A program made the position numbers and the translations under genes. Of a stretch of DNA of 64,000 bases, positions 27,008 to 48,302 are shown piece after piece (the first letter of the stretch is position 1; every line of letters begins with the position of its first letter). The DNA is from the human T2T-CHM13v2.0 reference genome, Homo sapiens, in NCBI GenBank assembly GCA_009914755.4, contig CP086569.2, positions 16,896,001 to 16,960,000 of the forward strand, in the 5' to 3' direction. A model generated the notes under the pieces. That model was given only the letters and a program-made list of their open reading frames with translations, had not been told where the DNA came from and ran no database searches.

Positions 27008-27657
27008 TAAAAATGTAATTAAAGTTCAGGAAACAATGAAACACCTATAAACTGAATTCAAAAAGTAACAAGATCTATATAAGAAAGAAAACACACCTGA
27101 CTATTTTCATTTTGGATTTGGAGAGGCAGAGGAAGCTGCTAATGTGGTAAAGAAGACACTAGCTAAACTTTTTATAAGGTGCAGTGACCACAGGCAGGTA
27201 GGCATGTCAGTTTAGACAACTGAGGAGTGCTAGTCTGTGAACGGATCCTCATCCACCTGCAAACTGCTTCCCAAACATCTCTACAGAGGGTAGAGTGATA
27301 GTATGTCAAATATGGTGCATACAGGAGGAGAGAGCTGGGAAGCATAGCTCCTCAGGCACAATCTACCCCAAGTTCATGGCAGCCTCTCTCAGAAGGTTGA
27401 GGTCAGGGAAGGAGAACTTAATGAAACGCTGCATGGACATCTCTGACCTTTACAGGATATAAGACAATAGCCCTCCAAACATTGAAGGCAGTGTCACAAG
27501 GTGGAGAAAATTCTCTTGGTGTACAGAAAGCTGGGCATGACAGACAGAGCAAATAGATACTCCAGCAATTCTCACAAAATGACATTGAGATTTTCCATGA
27601 AAAAATCCAGAAATAAATACATCCCAAATTTTAAAGTACATGTTGTCCTAAGTAGCA

Positions 27658-28020
27658 TGTATTAGTCCATTATCACAGTACTATAAAGACACTACCTGAG
27701 ACTGGGTAATTAAAAAGAGAAAAAAAGCTTAATTGACTCACATTTCCATATGGCAGGGAAGCCTCAGGAAACTTACATTCATGGCAGAAGGCAAAGCAGG
27801 CACATCTTACATGGCGGCAGGAGAGAGAGAGCATGCAAGCAGCGGAAAGGCTAGATGCTCATAAAACCATCAGATCCCATGAGAACTCACTATCACAATA
27901 ACAACATGGGAAGCCACCCCCCTCGATCCAATCACTTTCCACCAGGTTTCTCTCCATAAACACATGCAGATTACGATTCAAGATGAGATTTGGGTAGGGA
28001 CAAAAATCCTAACCATATCA
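27658..28020 (-). mobile_element. ERVL-MaLR solo LTR, antisense
   Basis: 'tgtattagtccattatcacagtactataaagacactacctgagactgggtaattaaaaagagaaaaaaagcttaattgactcacatttccatatggcagggaagcctcaggaaa…cataaaaccatcagatcccatgagaactcactatcac…ttcaagatgagatttgggtagggacaaaaatcctaaccatatca'. Confidence 0.7.
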
Positions 28021-29199
28021 TAGCAGGATGAAATCTCCCATCATTACTCTCTATCCTGCCAGGGACAGGAATCATCTTTCTCTTCAGTATATCTGTTCTG
28101 TAGACAATTAGGAGTCATCTCAGTTATTGGAGTCATTGCCCTGGTATGGAGTGCTTATGGTCAAATAATCTTTATTTTCCTTAGTAATGGCCCCAAAGTA
28201 TAAGACTAGACATGCTGGCATATTATTATAATTGTTACCTTTTTTTATCAATTCTCTCACTGTCCCTAATTTATAAATTAAACTTATCATAAGTATATAG
28301 CTATAAGAAAAAATATAGTATCTATAGCGTTCAGTATTATCTTCAGTTTCAGGGATCCACATGGGCCTTCAAACATATCACCCATAATAAGGGGAAATTA
28401 CTGAAGTATAATTTTTTAAATGTTGACTAGGATATGTTAAAGATAAATATTGAATTCTCTACAGTCATACTTTCAGCAGAACTTTCTGAGATGACAGAAG
28501 ATGGGTTAGTGTCTTGGAAATGCTACAACAAAAATACCAGAGACTGGGTAGCTCATAAATGACACTAACATATTTCTCATAGTTTGGGAGGCTGGAAGTC
28601 CAAAATTAAGACAGCCTCAGATTCAGCGTCTGGTGAGGACTTGCTTCCTGCTTCATAGATGGCACCTTCTTGTGTTCTCACATAGTAGAAGGGGTGAGGG
28701 AGCTCTCTGGAGTACCTTTTATGAGATTTCTAATCCCACTCACAAGGCCCACTTTCACGACCTCATCACCTCCCAAAGGACACACATTCTAATATCATCA
28801 CCTTGACGGTTATCTTTCAACACAGGAATTAAGTGGGAGGACACAAATATTTAGTCTATAGAAGTATTGCATTGTTCAATATGGTAGCCATCAGCAACCT
28901 TGGATAGTGAAAGCTTGAAATGTGGCTAGTGTGAGATAGGGGCTGATTTTTGACATTGCTATTTAATTCTACTTTCTTTTTTTATTGTTATTATACTTTA
29001 AGTTTTAGGGTACAGGTGCACAATGTGCAGGTTAGTTACTTATGTACACATGTGCCATTGTGGTGTGCTGCACCCAGTAACTCGTCATTTAACATTAGGC
29101 ATATCTCCAAATATTATTCCTCTCCCCTCCCCCACCCCAGCAACAGGCCCCAGTGTGTGAAGTTACCCTTCCTGTGTCCATGTGTTCTCATTGTTCAAA

Positions 29200-33020
<3,821 letters not shown>

Positions 33021-33083
33021 ATGATATTAGCTGGTTATTTTGCTCGTCAGTTGATGCAGTTTCTTTCTAGTCTTGATGATCTT

Positions 33084-34096
33084 TACAATTTGGTATATTT
33101 TTGCAGTGGCTGGTACTGGTTTTTCCTTTCCATGTTTAGTGCTTCCTTCAGGAGCTCTTTTAGGGCAGGCCTGGTGGTGACAAAATCTCTCAGCATTTGC
33201 TTGTCTGTAAAGGATTTTATTTCTCCTTCACTTATGAAGCTGAGTTTGGCTGAATATGAAATTCTGGATATGAAAATTATTTTCTTTAAGAATGTTGAAT
33301 ATTGCCACCCACTCTCTTCTGGTTTGTAGAGTTTCTGCCGAGAGATCCGCTGTTAGTCCGTTGGGCTTCCCTTTGTGGGTGACCCGACCTTTCTCTCTGG
33401 CTCTCCTTAACATTTTTTCCTTCATTTCAACTTTGGTGAATCTGAAAATTATGTGTCTTGGAGTTGCCCTTTTCGAGGAGTATCTTTGTGGCATTCTGTA
33501 TGTTTCCTGAATTTGAATGTTGGCCTGCCTTGCTAGATTGGGAAAGTTCTCCTGGATAATATCCTGCAGATGTTTTCCAACTTGGTTTCATTCTCCCCAT
33601 CACTTTCAGGTACATCAATCAGATGTAGATTTGATCTTTTCACATAGTCCCATATTTCTTGGAGGCTGGGTTCATTTCTTTCTATTCTTTTTTCTTTAAA
33701 CTTATCTTCTTGCTTCATTTCATTCATTTGATTTCCACCACTGATACCCTTTCTTCCAGTTGATCGAATCAGTTACTGAGGCTTGTGCATTCATCACATA
33801 GTTCTTGTGCCTTGGTTTTCAGCTCCATCAAGTCCTTCAAGGACCTCTCTGCATTCGTTATTCTAGTTAGCCATTCGACTGAATTTTTTTTCAACGTTTT
33901 TAACTTCTTTGCCATTGGTTTGAACTTCCTCCTTTAGCTCAGAGTAGTTCAATAATCCTAAGCCACCTTCTCTCAACTCATCAAAGTCATTTTCTGTCCA
34001 GCTTCCTTCCGTTGCTGGTGAGGAGCTGTGCTCCTTTGGAGTAGGATAGGCACTCTGATTTTTAGAGTTTCCAGTTTTTTTGCTCTTTATTTTCCC
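33084..34096 (-). pseudogene. L1 ORF1 remnant of the antisense full-length L1 (start codon lost, internal stops)
   Basis: The minus ORF 33228-33494 'MPQRYSSKRATPRHIIFRFTKVEMKEKMLRRAREKGRVTHKGKPNGLTADLSAETLQTRREW…' is the ORF1 C-terminal domain. The start region reads 'ttccctgtcttt' where the consensus has 'ttccccatcttt'. Confidence 0.8.
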
Positions 34097-35126
34097 TGTC
34101 TTTGTGGTTTTATCTACATTTGGTCTTTGATGATAGTGATGTGCAGATGGAATTTTGATGTGGATGTCCTTTCTCTTGGTTACTGTTCCTTCTAACAGTC
34201 AGGACCCTCAGCTGCAGGACTGTTGGAGTTTGCTGGAGGTCAACTCCAGATCCTGTTTGCCTGGGTATCAGCAGTGGCGGCTGCATAACAGAGTATATTG
34301 GTGAACAGCAAATGTTGCTGCCTGATCATTCCTCTGGAAGTTTTGTCTCAGAGGAGTACCTGGCCATGTGAGGTGTCAGTCTGCCCTACTGGGGGATGCC
34401 TCCAAGTTAGGCTACTCAGGCGTCAGGCACCCACTTGAGGAGGCAGTCTGTCCGTTCTCAAATCTCCAGCTGCATGCTGGGAGAACCACTACTCTCTTCA
34501 AAGCTGTCAGACAGGGACATTTAAGTCTGCAGAGGTTTCTGCTGCCTTTTGTTTGGCTATGCCCTGCCCCCAGGGGTGGAGTCTACAGATGCAGGCAGGC
34601 CTCCTTGAGCTGCAGTGGGCTCCACCAAGTTCGAGCTTCCTGGCTGCTTTGTTTACCTACCCAAGCCTTGGCCATGGCTGGTGCCCCTCCCCCAGCCTCA
34701 CTGCAGCCTTGCAATTTGATCTCAGACTGCTGTGCTAGCAATGAGTGAGGCTCTGTGAGCATAGGACCCTCAGAGCCATGCACGGGATATAGTCTCCTGG
34801 TGTGCAGTTTGCTAAGACCATTGGAAAAGTGCAGTATTAGGGTGGGATAGACCCAATTTTCCAGGTGCTGTCTGTCACCCATTTCTTTGACTAGGAAAGG
34901 GAATTTCCTGATCCCCTGCACTTCCTGGGTGAGACAATGCCTCGCCCTTCTTCAGCTCATACTCGGTGTGCTGCACCCATTGTCCTGCACCTGCTTTCTG
35001 ACACTTCCCAGTGGGATGAACCTGGTACCTCAGTTGGAAATGGAGAAATCATTTGTCTTCTGTGTCACTCATGCTGGGACCTGTTGACTGGAGCTATTCC
35101 TATTCAGCCATCTTGAATCCACCCTC
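34097..35126 (-). promoter_or_regulatory. L1 5'UTR (internal sense promoter and presumptive antisense promoter) of the antisense full-length L1
   Basis: Reverse-complement match to L1PA 5'UTR blocks (…ctcactgattgctagcacagcagtct.agatcaaa.tgcaag…ggtaaacaaagcagccaggaagctcgaac…). Activity is not assessable from sequence. Confidence 0.55.
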
Positions 35127-35889
35127 TAATTCTACTTTCTTCTATTATCCATATATGACTAACAGGTACCATATTGGAGAGTACAGCTCCAGGTTAGAGG
35201 TGGGCAAACATTTTCTATTAAATACCAGGCAGTAGGAGGGGTCTATAGGAGGGTTGTCCAACACCTGGGCCACAGACCTGTGCTGTGGTCACAAAGCAGG
35301 ACAGTGGTGGGGAAGGAAGCAAAGCTTCATCTGTATTTACAGCCACTCCTCATCACTCACATTACTGTCTGTCTGAGCTCTGCCTCCTTTCAGATCAGCA
35401 GCAGCATTAGATTCTTAAAGGAGTGCAAACCCTATTATGAAACATGCATGCGAGGGATCTAGGTTGTGTATGTCTTACAAGAATCTAATGACTGATGATC
35501 TGTCACCATCACCCATCACCTCCAGATGGGGCCACCTCATTGCAGGAAAACAAGCTTAAGGCTCCCACTGATTCTACATTATGGGGAATTGTAGAATTAT
35601 TTCATTATAAAAATAAACCTCATGATAAATGTCGTGCTTGAATTATCCCAAAACCATCCACCCCAGCCCAGTCCATTTTCTTCCATGAAACTGGTCCCTG
35701 GTTCCAAAAAGATTGGGGACAGTTGTTCTAGTTTTTGGTTTATAGATTGAGAGGCAAAATCAAGGATATCATGTTGGTAAACATGTAACTATTTAAAGTC
35801 ACCCATTTAAAAATATAGAAACCCTTCTTAGCTAGTAGATGACACAAAACAAGGTAGTGGGCTAGAGCTTTGCTATAGAATAATCACTA

Positions 35890-36015
35890 ATATATGTATG
35901 TGTATGTGTGTGTGTGTGTGCATGCAGATGTGCATATTCACGTATATGTATATATGTATATGTATGTATGCATGCATGCACATACATATATGTATTTGTA
36001 CATACATATATGTGT
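35890..36015. repeat. Complex (TG)n/(TA)n/(CATG) alternating purine-pyrimidine repeat in the spacer between the two L1 5' ends
   Basis: 'tatatgtatgtgtatgtgtgtgtgtgtgtgcatgcagatgtgcatattcacgtatatgtatatatgtatatgtatgtatgcatgcatgcacatacatatatgtatttgtacatacatatatgtgtgtatac'. Confidence 0.9.
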
Positions 36016-36062
36016 GTATACTTTTTTAGTAGAGAAGATTAAATCACATACTAAGTGCATAA

Positions 36063-36349
36063 GTATTCTTATACTGCTAATAAAGATATAACTGAGAATG
36101 GGTAATTTACAAAGGAAAGAGGTTTAGTGGGCTCACAGTTCCACATCCAAAAAGAGCATGTGCACCAGGACTCCCATTTATAAAACCAGCAGAACTAGTG
36201 ACACTTATTCACTATCACAAGAAAAATATGGGGAAAATTGCATCCATCATTTAATTAATTATCTCCACCTGACACTGCTCTTGACGTGTGGAGATTATTA
36301 CAATTCAAAGTGAGATTTGGGTGGAGATGCAGCCAAACGATGCCAGTAA
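36063..36349 (-). mobile_element. ERVL-MaLR LTR fragment (internally deleted), antisense, in the inter-L1 spacer
   Basis: '…atactgctaataaagatataactgagaatgggtaatttacaaaggaaagaggtttagtgggctcacagttccacatcc…cactatcacaag…tacaattcaaagtgagatttgggtggagatgcagccaaacgatgcc'. Confidence 0.6.
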
Positions 36350-36594
36350 GAAAGAATTAATCCAAAGGAAGGTATGAAAAGAGTAATGGAATAATACAAA
36401 ACAGATGGAAAGAACTATGGTAGAATTATACCTAACTGAAATTCACACTCACATTTTGGTGGAATAGTAAATGGGAAGACTACTTTTTTGAAGCATCTAG
36501 AGTATTTTTTGTAAGGTAAGACATATGATGATGCCACAACCAAACACTTCCTCACCTAGATATTTATTCAAGAGGAATGAAACTACAAGTCCTC

Positions 36595-37501
36595 GAGAGA
36601 GGAGCCAAGATGGCCGAATAGGAACACCTCCTGTCTAGAGCTCCCAGCATGAGCAACGCAGAAGATGGGTGATTTCTGCATTTCCATCTGAGTTACCAGG
36701 TTCATCTCACTAGAGAGTTCCAGACAGTGGGCACAGGTCAGTGGGTGCACACACCGTGTGCAAGCCAAAGAAGTGTGAGGCATTGCCTCACTCAGGAAAT
36801 GAAGGGGGTCAGGGAGTTCCCTTTCCTAGTCAAAGAAAGGGGTGACAGATGGCACCTGGAAGATCAGGTCACTCCCACCTGAATACTGCGCTTTTCCAAT
36901 GGGCTCAAAAAATGGCACACCAGGAGATTGTGTCCCGCACCTGGCTGGGAGGAACCTATGCCCACGGAGTCTCACTGATTGCTAGCACAGCAGTCTCAGA
37001 TCAAACTGCAAGACGGCAATGAGGCTGGGGTAGGGGCGCCCGTCATTGCCCAGGCTTGCTTAGGTAAACAAAGCAGCCAGGAAGCTCGAACTGGGTGGAG
37101 CCCACCACAGCTCAAGGAGGCCTGCCTGCCTCTGTAGGCTCCACCTCTGGGGGAAGGGCACAGACAAACAAAAAGACAGCAGTAACCTCTGCAGACTTAA
37201 GTGTCCCTGTCTGACAGCTTTGAAGAGAGCAGTGGTTCTCCCAGCATGCAGCTGGAGATCTGAGAATGGGCAGACTGCCTCCTTAAGTGTGTCCCTGAAC
37301 CCTGACCCCAGAGCAGCTTAACTAGGAGACACCACCTAGCAGGGGCAGACTGACACCTCACACGGCCAGGTACTCCAACAGACATGCAGCTGAGGGTCCT
37401 GTCTTTTAGAAGGAAAACTAACAAACACAAGGGACATCCACACCAAAAACCCATCTGTACATCACCATCATCAAAGACAAAAAGTAGATAAAACCACAAA
37501 G
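36595..37501 (+). promoter_or_regulatory. L1 5'UTR (internal promoter / antisense promoter region) of the sense full-length L1
   Basis: Close match to the remembered L1PA 5'UTR consensus (…ctcactgattgctagcacagcagtctcagatcaaactgcaagacggcaa.gaggctgggg.aggggcgcccg.cattgcccaggcttgcttaggtaaacaaagcagccaggaagctcgaactgggtggagcccaccacagctcaaggaggcctgcctgcctctgtaggctccacctctggggg.agggcacagacaaacaaaaagacagcagtaacctctgcagacttaagtgtccctgtctgacagctttgaagagagcagtggttctcccagca.gcagctggagatctgagaa…). Confidence 0.6.
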
Positions 37502-38513
37502 ATGGGGAAAAAACAGAGCAGAAAAACTGGAAACTCTAAAAAGCAGAGTGCCTCTCTTCCTCCAAAGGAACGCAGTTCCTCACCAGGAACGGAACAAAGC
37601 TGGACGGAGAATGAATTTGACGGGCTGAGAGAATAAGGCTTCAGATGATCAAATTACTCCAAGCTACGGGATGACGTTCAAAACAAAGGCAAAGAAGTTG
37701 AAAACTTTGAAAAAAATTTAGAAGAATGTATAACTAGAATAACCAATGCAGAGAAGTGCCTAAAGGAGCTGATGGAGCTGAAAGCCAAGGCTCGAGAACT
37801 ACATGAAGAATGCAGAAGACTCAGGAGCCAATGCAATCAACTGGAAGAAAGGGTATGAGCGATGGAAGATGAAATGAATGAAATGAAGCAAGAAGGGAAT
37901 TTTAGAGAAAAAAAGAATAAAAAGAAATGAGCAGAGCCTCATTTGTGACTATGTGAAAAGACCAAATCTACATCTGATTGGTGTACCTGAAAGTGACGGG
38001 GAGAATGGAACCAAGTTGGAAAACACTCTGCAGGATATTATCTAGGAGAATTTCCCCAATCTAGCAAGGCAGGCCAACATTCAGATTCAGGAAATACAGA
38101 GAATGCCACAAAGATACTCCTCAAAAAGAGCAACTCCAAGACACATAATTTTCAGATTCACCAAAGTTGAAATGAAGGAAGAAATGTTAAGGGCAGCCAG
38201 AGAGAAAGGTTGGGTCACCCACAAAGGGAAGCTCAACGGACTAACAGCGGATCTCTCGGCAGAAACTCTACAAGCCAGAAGAGAGTGGGTGGCAATATTC
38301 AACATTCTTAAAGAAAAGAATTTTCATATCCAGAATTTCATATCCAGCCAAACTAAGTTCATAAGTGAAGGAGAAATAAGATCCTTTACAGACAAGCAAA
38401 TGCTGAGAGATTTTGTCACCACCAGGCCTGCCATAAAAGAGCTCCTGAAGGAAGCGCTAAACATGGAAAGGAACAACTGGTACCAGCCGCTGCAAAATCA
38501 TGCCAAAATGTAA
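37502..38513 (+). pseudogene. L1 ORF1 remnant (premature stop ~37627 '…FDGLRE*'). The C-terminal 136 aa are intact in frame (38103-38513).
   Basis: ORF-track protein 'MPQRYSSKRATPRHIIFRFTKVEMKEEMLRAAREKGWVTHKGKLNGLTADLSAETLQARREWVAIFNILKEKNFHIQNFISSQTKFISEGEIRSFTDKQMLRDFVTTRPAIKELLKEALNMERNNWYQPLQNHAKM' is the canonical L1 ORF1p C-terminus. Confidence 0.85.
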
Positions 38514-38574
38514 AGACCATCGAGACTAGGAAAAACTGCATCAACTAATGAGAAAAATAACCAGCTAACATCAT

Positions 38575-42395
<3,821 letters not shown>

Positions 42396-42772
42396 AATGA
42401 GAACACATGGACACAGGAAGAGGAACATCACACTCTCAGGACTGTTGTGGGTTGTGGGGAGCGGGGAGGGATAGCATTGGGAGATATACTTAATGCTAGA
42501 TGATGAACTAGTGGGTGCAGTGCACCAGCATGGCACACGTATACATATGTAACTAACCTGCACATTGTGCACATGTACCCTAAAAGTTAAAGTATAATAA
42601 TAAAAAATTAAAAATTAAAAAGAAAAAGAAAAAGAATCTACAAGTCCTCACAGAGACTCTTTGAGAATGTCTACGACAGGTTTATTCGTAGTAAAGAAAA
42701 ACAGGAAACAACCCATATGTCTATGAAAAGGGAAATGCATAAAGAAATTGTAATAGATTTACACAATGAATA

Positions 42773-42968
42773 CTGTAGTACTTCATTTTCATGCTCCTGA
42801 TAAAGACATACCTGAGACTGGGTACTTTATTACAAAAAAAAATAAAAAGGTTTAATGGACTCACAGTTCCACATGGCTGGGAAGGCCTCACAATCATAGT
42901 AGAAGGCTTACATGGTGGCAGAGAAGAGTGATAATGAGAGCCAAGTGAAAGGGGTTTCCTCAAATACT
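42773..42968 (-). mobile_element. Partial ERVL-MaLR LTR (3' half), antisense, lying just downstream of the L1 TSD
   Basis: 'tgtagtacttcattttcatgctcctgataaagacatacctgagactgggtactttattac…ggtttaatggactcacagttccacatggctgggaaggcctcacaatcatagtagaagg…'. Confidence 0.65.
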
Positions 42969-45000
42969 ATTCATCAACAAAAGCCAATGGAAAAATAGGG
43001 GCCCATCTTGTTAAATGTTTAGAAATTGGACACACCAGTATAATCACTACACAAGTCAAAACCTGGAATAAAATGAGCAACCTTGAAATGCCCCTCATGT
43101 CCTTCCTAAGGAGACTAATTTTGCTTCCTTTTAAAGATTTCTGTATTTTCCAAACATTCTACAATGAATGTAAACATTTTTAAATAAGTGTTTCTCAGTA
43201 AGTTCTTTGTTTTTAAGTAATTCTGTACCCTTTTTTCCTAGAATTGACATCCTCTGCTACTTTGCTTATAAGAACTGACATATTTAAAATAAAATATTAT
43301 CTTTTAAATGATTATCCTAGAATTGTCCTCTGAAGCAATCTGGAATAAAAGTAAAGATTTAATTTAATGTCTCTGAACTTTAATTTCTAATTTGAATCTA
43401 GGCTGGAGCAAATAGATTCTAAAAAACAAATTTTAACACAAATTAATATTGTTTCTCATATCATCTCATAATGATTTGATGATTTATCCTATCCTTAATG
43501 ACTTTGTATCTCTGAAAAATACATTAATGGAAATGGATTTTCCTGATTATTTCAGGGAAGTATTTGGAAGGCAGCATATTTTAGTGACACTCTGAATAAT
43601 CTCCACTATACCCTCTATGTTACCCAGGACAACAGCTGCTACAGAAAGAAATTTCTTTGTACCACCCACCTTTGTTCAGCCAGAAACTTTAAAAAGAGTG
43701 CTTTGATTGGTCTCTCTGACCTACTTTTGTGTAGGTGTCCAAACAACGTAAATTCCCAAAGTCATGGGCCTTGGGCAACTATACAGGACTTTCCAATTGG
43801 TCCTCATAACTTTAGGCAGGGTCCCACCTCCACTATGCTAGATTCATATAAGACTATTTTTCCTAGAAATATGCAAGGATATTGCCCCTTTCACTTTGGA
43901 TTGTCTCTCAGTTATGGAAGTGCCTGGCTGTTTTGTATTCCAAAATATAATATGTAAGCAGTTCATTTAATGACATTATGAAGTTTCAGAGTTGTGCAAT
44001 GCAAAGAGGGACTGTGCACAGGACATTTGGACTTAAAATTTTGTCTGTCACCCACTCTAGTTCTATCAGTAGTTCACAGCACCCATTTTTAAGAATCATT
44101 ACTACATCAGGATCTATCCAGAAAAATCAGCATCCTTACCTGGTCAGTGGCTGATGTCACCCTGATAGGTAACCTGCCTCCCAGGCCTTGCTTCCCTCTT
44201 TACTTTGGACATAAGAGATTCACAGGATTGTTTTCAGTGCTTGGCTTTAAATAGTGTGTCCTGTTTCCTGACCCTTTCATTCATTTCAGCCACATTCTTT
44301 TCTCCAGCTAACACCCATAGTTATGATCTATAGACTGGCAGCTTCCTGACATTGGACCTCAATTCTGAGTCTTTTCAGAGTCAAAAGAACCCTCATGAAA
44401 GACCACCTGGCATACATGTGTATCAAGTTCCAGAAGGGACCCTTGACTGACCTAACACACTTCCTTCTTCATTTTTATGCCTTCTCATGCACCATCAGTA
44501 AGTTCTCTTGATTCTGAAATCTATATATGTGTACATGTGTGAGTACATATTTTTGTCTTTGTACTTTGTTTTGTTCTTTTTTCAAATTTGTGCATTTCCT
44601 TAATTTTTACTGCCACCACCCAATTTCATACCATTGTCTTCTTCTGCCCGGCTGTTGTAGTAGACTCTCAACAAGGCATCTCAAATCCCCTTATACTCAC
44701 CTCAAATCCATTCTCTTCAAGGCAGCCTGACTTAAAATTCTAAAAAAAAACTTGGATTGGGCCACTTCCCTGCTTAAAATCTTGCAATTATTTTATTATT
44801 TATTTAACATTGGAATAGCCCAAAATGTTTAGAATGGAATATGTAGCCTCTACTTCATTAATCTTGCTCCTGATTCTGTCCCTTAGAACATTGTACTATA
44901 ATGATAAAATGTTCCTAAAGAGACAAGCAAGCGTAAAAGTGGAGTAACTTAAAATGTTTTTGTAGGATTTAAAGCAATTTCTACTGTTATTTTGATAGCT

Positions 45001-45314
45001 GGATTTTTTTTGGAGACAGACTCTCACTGTGTCATGCAGGCTGGAGTGCAGTAGTGCAATCATAGCTTACTGCAGTGTCCAACTCCTGGGATGAAGCAAT
45101 CCTCCCACCTCAGCCTCCAGGTTAGCTGGGTCTACAGACACAGGTCACTATGCCCAGCTCATTTAAAAAATATTTTTGGTAGAGGTGAGGTCTCACTATT
45201 TTGCCCCGTGCTCAGGGACTCTTTCTGTCAGGGTTGAGCACCTAGGCTCAACTGATCATCCAGCCTTGGCCTCTCAAAATGCTGAGATAACAGGTGTGAA
45301 CTACCACTCACAGC
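45001..45314 (-). mobile_element. Alu element (AluS/J-like), antisense, with a 9-bp TSD (ttgatagct at 44992-45000 and 45315-45323)
   Basis: 'ttttttttggagacagactctcactgtgtcatgcaggctggagtgcagtagtgcaatcatagcttactgcag…cctcagcctccaggttagctgggtctacagacacaggtcactatgcccagct…ggtgtgaactaccactcac'. Matching 9-mers flank the element. Confidence 0.9.
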
Positions 45315-46161
45315 TTGATAGCTAAAATTTTAACTTTGTGATAGTATTTTCTCAAAACAAACAAACAAACAAAAAAAGTGTGGAATATCCTGCTCCCAAT
45401 TTCCTGACTCAAGGGAATTAGATTATAGTTTAGATTTAAAAAAAAATACGGAACATATTTGGAATGCTATTGCATCGATTCTATAGAGAAACTGTAGGTT
45501 CATCACAGAATTAGAAAGATTTCCTCTCTCCTACCTTCTTGTCTATCTGATTACACCACTCCATTAGCCTGTTCTCACAACCAGGGACATGGTCACTTTT
45601 CACCATTTATACTGTCCAAATGAGAAATGGAAGCTTATTAAAATAAAATAAAAAATTTACTCACCAGATTTCCTAGATCTGTCATAACCAGGTACAGCAG
45701 ACTGGGTAGCTTAAAACCAACCGAAATTTATTCTCTCCCATTCTGGGGGCTGCAAATCCAAGATCAGGGTGTCCCCAGGATTCATTCCTCCTGAGCCCCC
45801 TCTCCTTCACTTATAGATGTTGCCTTCTGCCTGTGTCCTCAGAGGATTGTTCCTTTGTGTGTGTCTGCGTCCTCATCTCCTCTTTTCATGATGTGTCTTA
45901 GTCTATTTCATGCTGCTATAACACAATACCATAAAATCAGTGGCTAATAAAAAATAGCCATTAATTAACCCACAGTGCTGGAGGCTGGAAGTCTGAGATG
46001 AAGGTGTGGGCAGGGCTCATTCCTCCTGAGGCCTCCCTCCTTGGCTGGTAGATTCAATCTTCTCCCTGTGTCCTCATGTGGTGTTTCCTCTGTGCATGTC
46101 TGTGTTCTCATCTCCTCTAATAAAGACACCAGTCCTAGAGGATTAGAGTCTGCCCTACTGA

Positions 46162-46487
<326 letters not shown>

Positions 46488-48169
46488 GAGCTCATTGTAC
46501 CTTAATCACCTCTGTAAAGACTGTATTTGCAAATACAATCACATACTAAAATTCTGGGGATTAGGACTTCCACACATGAGTTTTAGGGGATAAAATTCAG
46601 CCTGTAATAAGCACTTTAAATATGAGTGCAGTTCCCGATACCCTCTTACACAGCCTATCCCTCTGTGTTACTAGAGTGTTCTGATCACCGATGTTGGCCA
46701 GACATCGATCTTTTCTATTGGCCTGAATTCCTATGAATATGCAGAAACAACTAATTTTGTCATCAGAGTATTCTAAAAGTATTAAGTGGGGTTGGATGCA
46801 CGAGTCTGAGTGTTTCCTAGATTGTCAATGAATGTCAGTGAGCCTTCATCAACATTTCCTCTTCTATGTTCACTTTTCTAAAACACTGACTGAGAAAGTG
46901 TCTTAAAACTTTAGACATGGGTAGATTTATTTGCCAAACCCCAGGTCTCTGGAGAGCACATTACATTAAAACCTGAAAAAAAATTAGCCACGTTTCAGAA
47001 GCAAATTTTATTTTTAAGGAAAGTCAGAAAAATATATTCATCATTTGATAGTTGGACTCTTGCCACCGGTGGGTTACTTGAAGTACTATTATTAATAGAA
47101 TCACAAAATCACAATTCAGATCAAGCCCAGTTTAATTCAAGCCATGAGACTTTGGAGAAGATACTGACCTAGTCACTGGGATTAGAAAATTAATTAAACA
47201 TAAAGTGAACTCACTTCTATCTGTTGGATAAGTTTAGAGAGAACACCTTTACTAATTTATAGCAGCATAACAGAGAAATGCCAGTTTTGGGAAAGAAAAA
47301 AGCTCACTACCACAACCTTAAATTGTTAGCAATAACATCTCAACAAGTCAAAACCACAGTTCTTTTGCGCATCCTGTAGGCTAGTTAGTATTATTCAGGA
47401 TTAAGTGCATGGTTGATGAAAACCATGATCCACTGGACAGTATTTACAGCAGGACTTCTTTCTACTTTAAATACTGAGGTTTTTACATTTTATTTAGAAA
47501 GTTTATCTGCCCACCTTCCCCCATCCTACCGTCTGTTCTCACTTGATTCCTATCATAATCCTGAATTGGTTGAATCACAATTAGTTGCCATGGAGATGAC
47601 TGCAATGTCACAAACAAGATTCTGACTTCAAGTGGGGAATGAACAGTAGGCATTCTGAACTCTTCACAAATGAAATCTTGTCATTATGCAAATAGCCTTC
47701 AAATACTCAAGTGTGACCCAAAATGCATAATTTTCTTTTGTGGGATTTTTTTTTCTTCCTTTGGTGTAGAAATTACATTATCACCTACTAAATTCATTTC
47801 TAAAAGGAAAATGCCATGGAATTTCAAAGATACATTTTAGGTTGAAACATCCTCATATATAACAATTAAACATCATCAACATGCTATAGAGATCATTTTA
47901 GAAAATGCAGTGATTTGTCCAAATTTAACCAGATAATCTTTCCCCATTCAGAAGAGTAACAGCAATCATACTAAATAATTGCCAGATTATGGGTTTAAAA
48001 TTAAGGAACTTACAATAGATATGAAATATTCCTAACTTGGCTTCTGAGATTATATTAGTTGCTGATCACTCTCACATAGTGCCTAAATTCTGACCAAAGA
48101 TAGACATTTGGGTAATAGATAAATTGATAAGTGTTAGATATATATAGATAATACATGACAGGAATAGGT

Positions 48170-48302
48170 TGATAGATTATAGATGATAGAAAGATTAGAT
48201 AGATGATAGATGATAGACAGATGATAAATAGATAGATAGATAGATAGATAGATACATACATACATACATACATACATACATACATACATACATACATACA
48301 TA
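48170..48302. repeat. Compound STR: (GATA)n/(GATG) interrupted array followed by a perfect (TACA)n run of ~12 units
   Basis: '…gatagattatagatgatagaaagattagatagatgatagatgatagacagatgataaatagatagatagatagatagatagatacatacatacatacatacatacatacatacatacatacatacatacatag'. Confidence 0.95.
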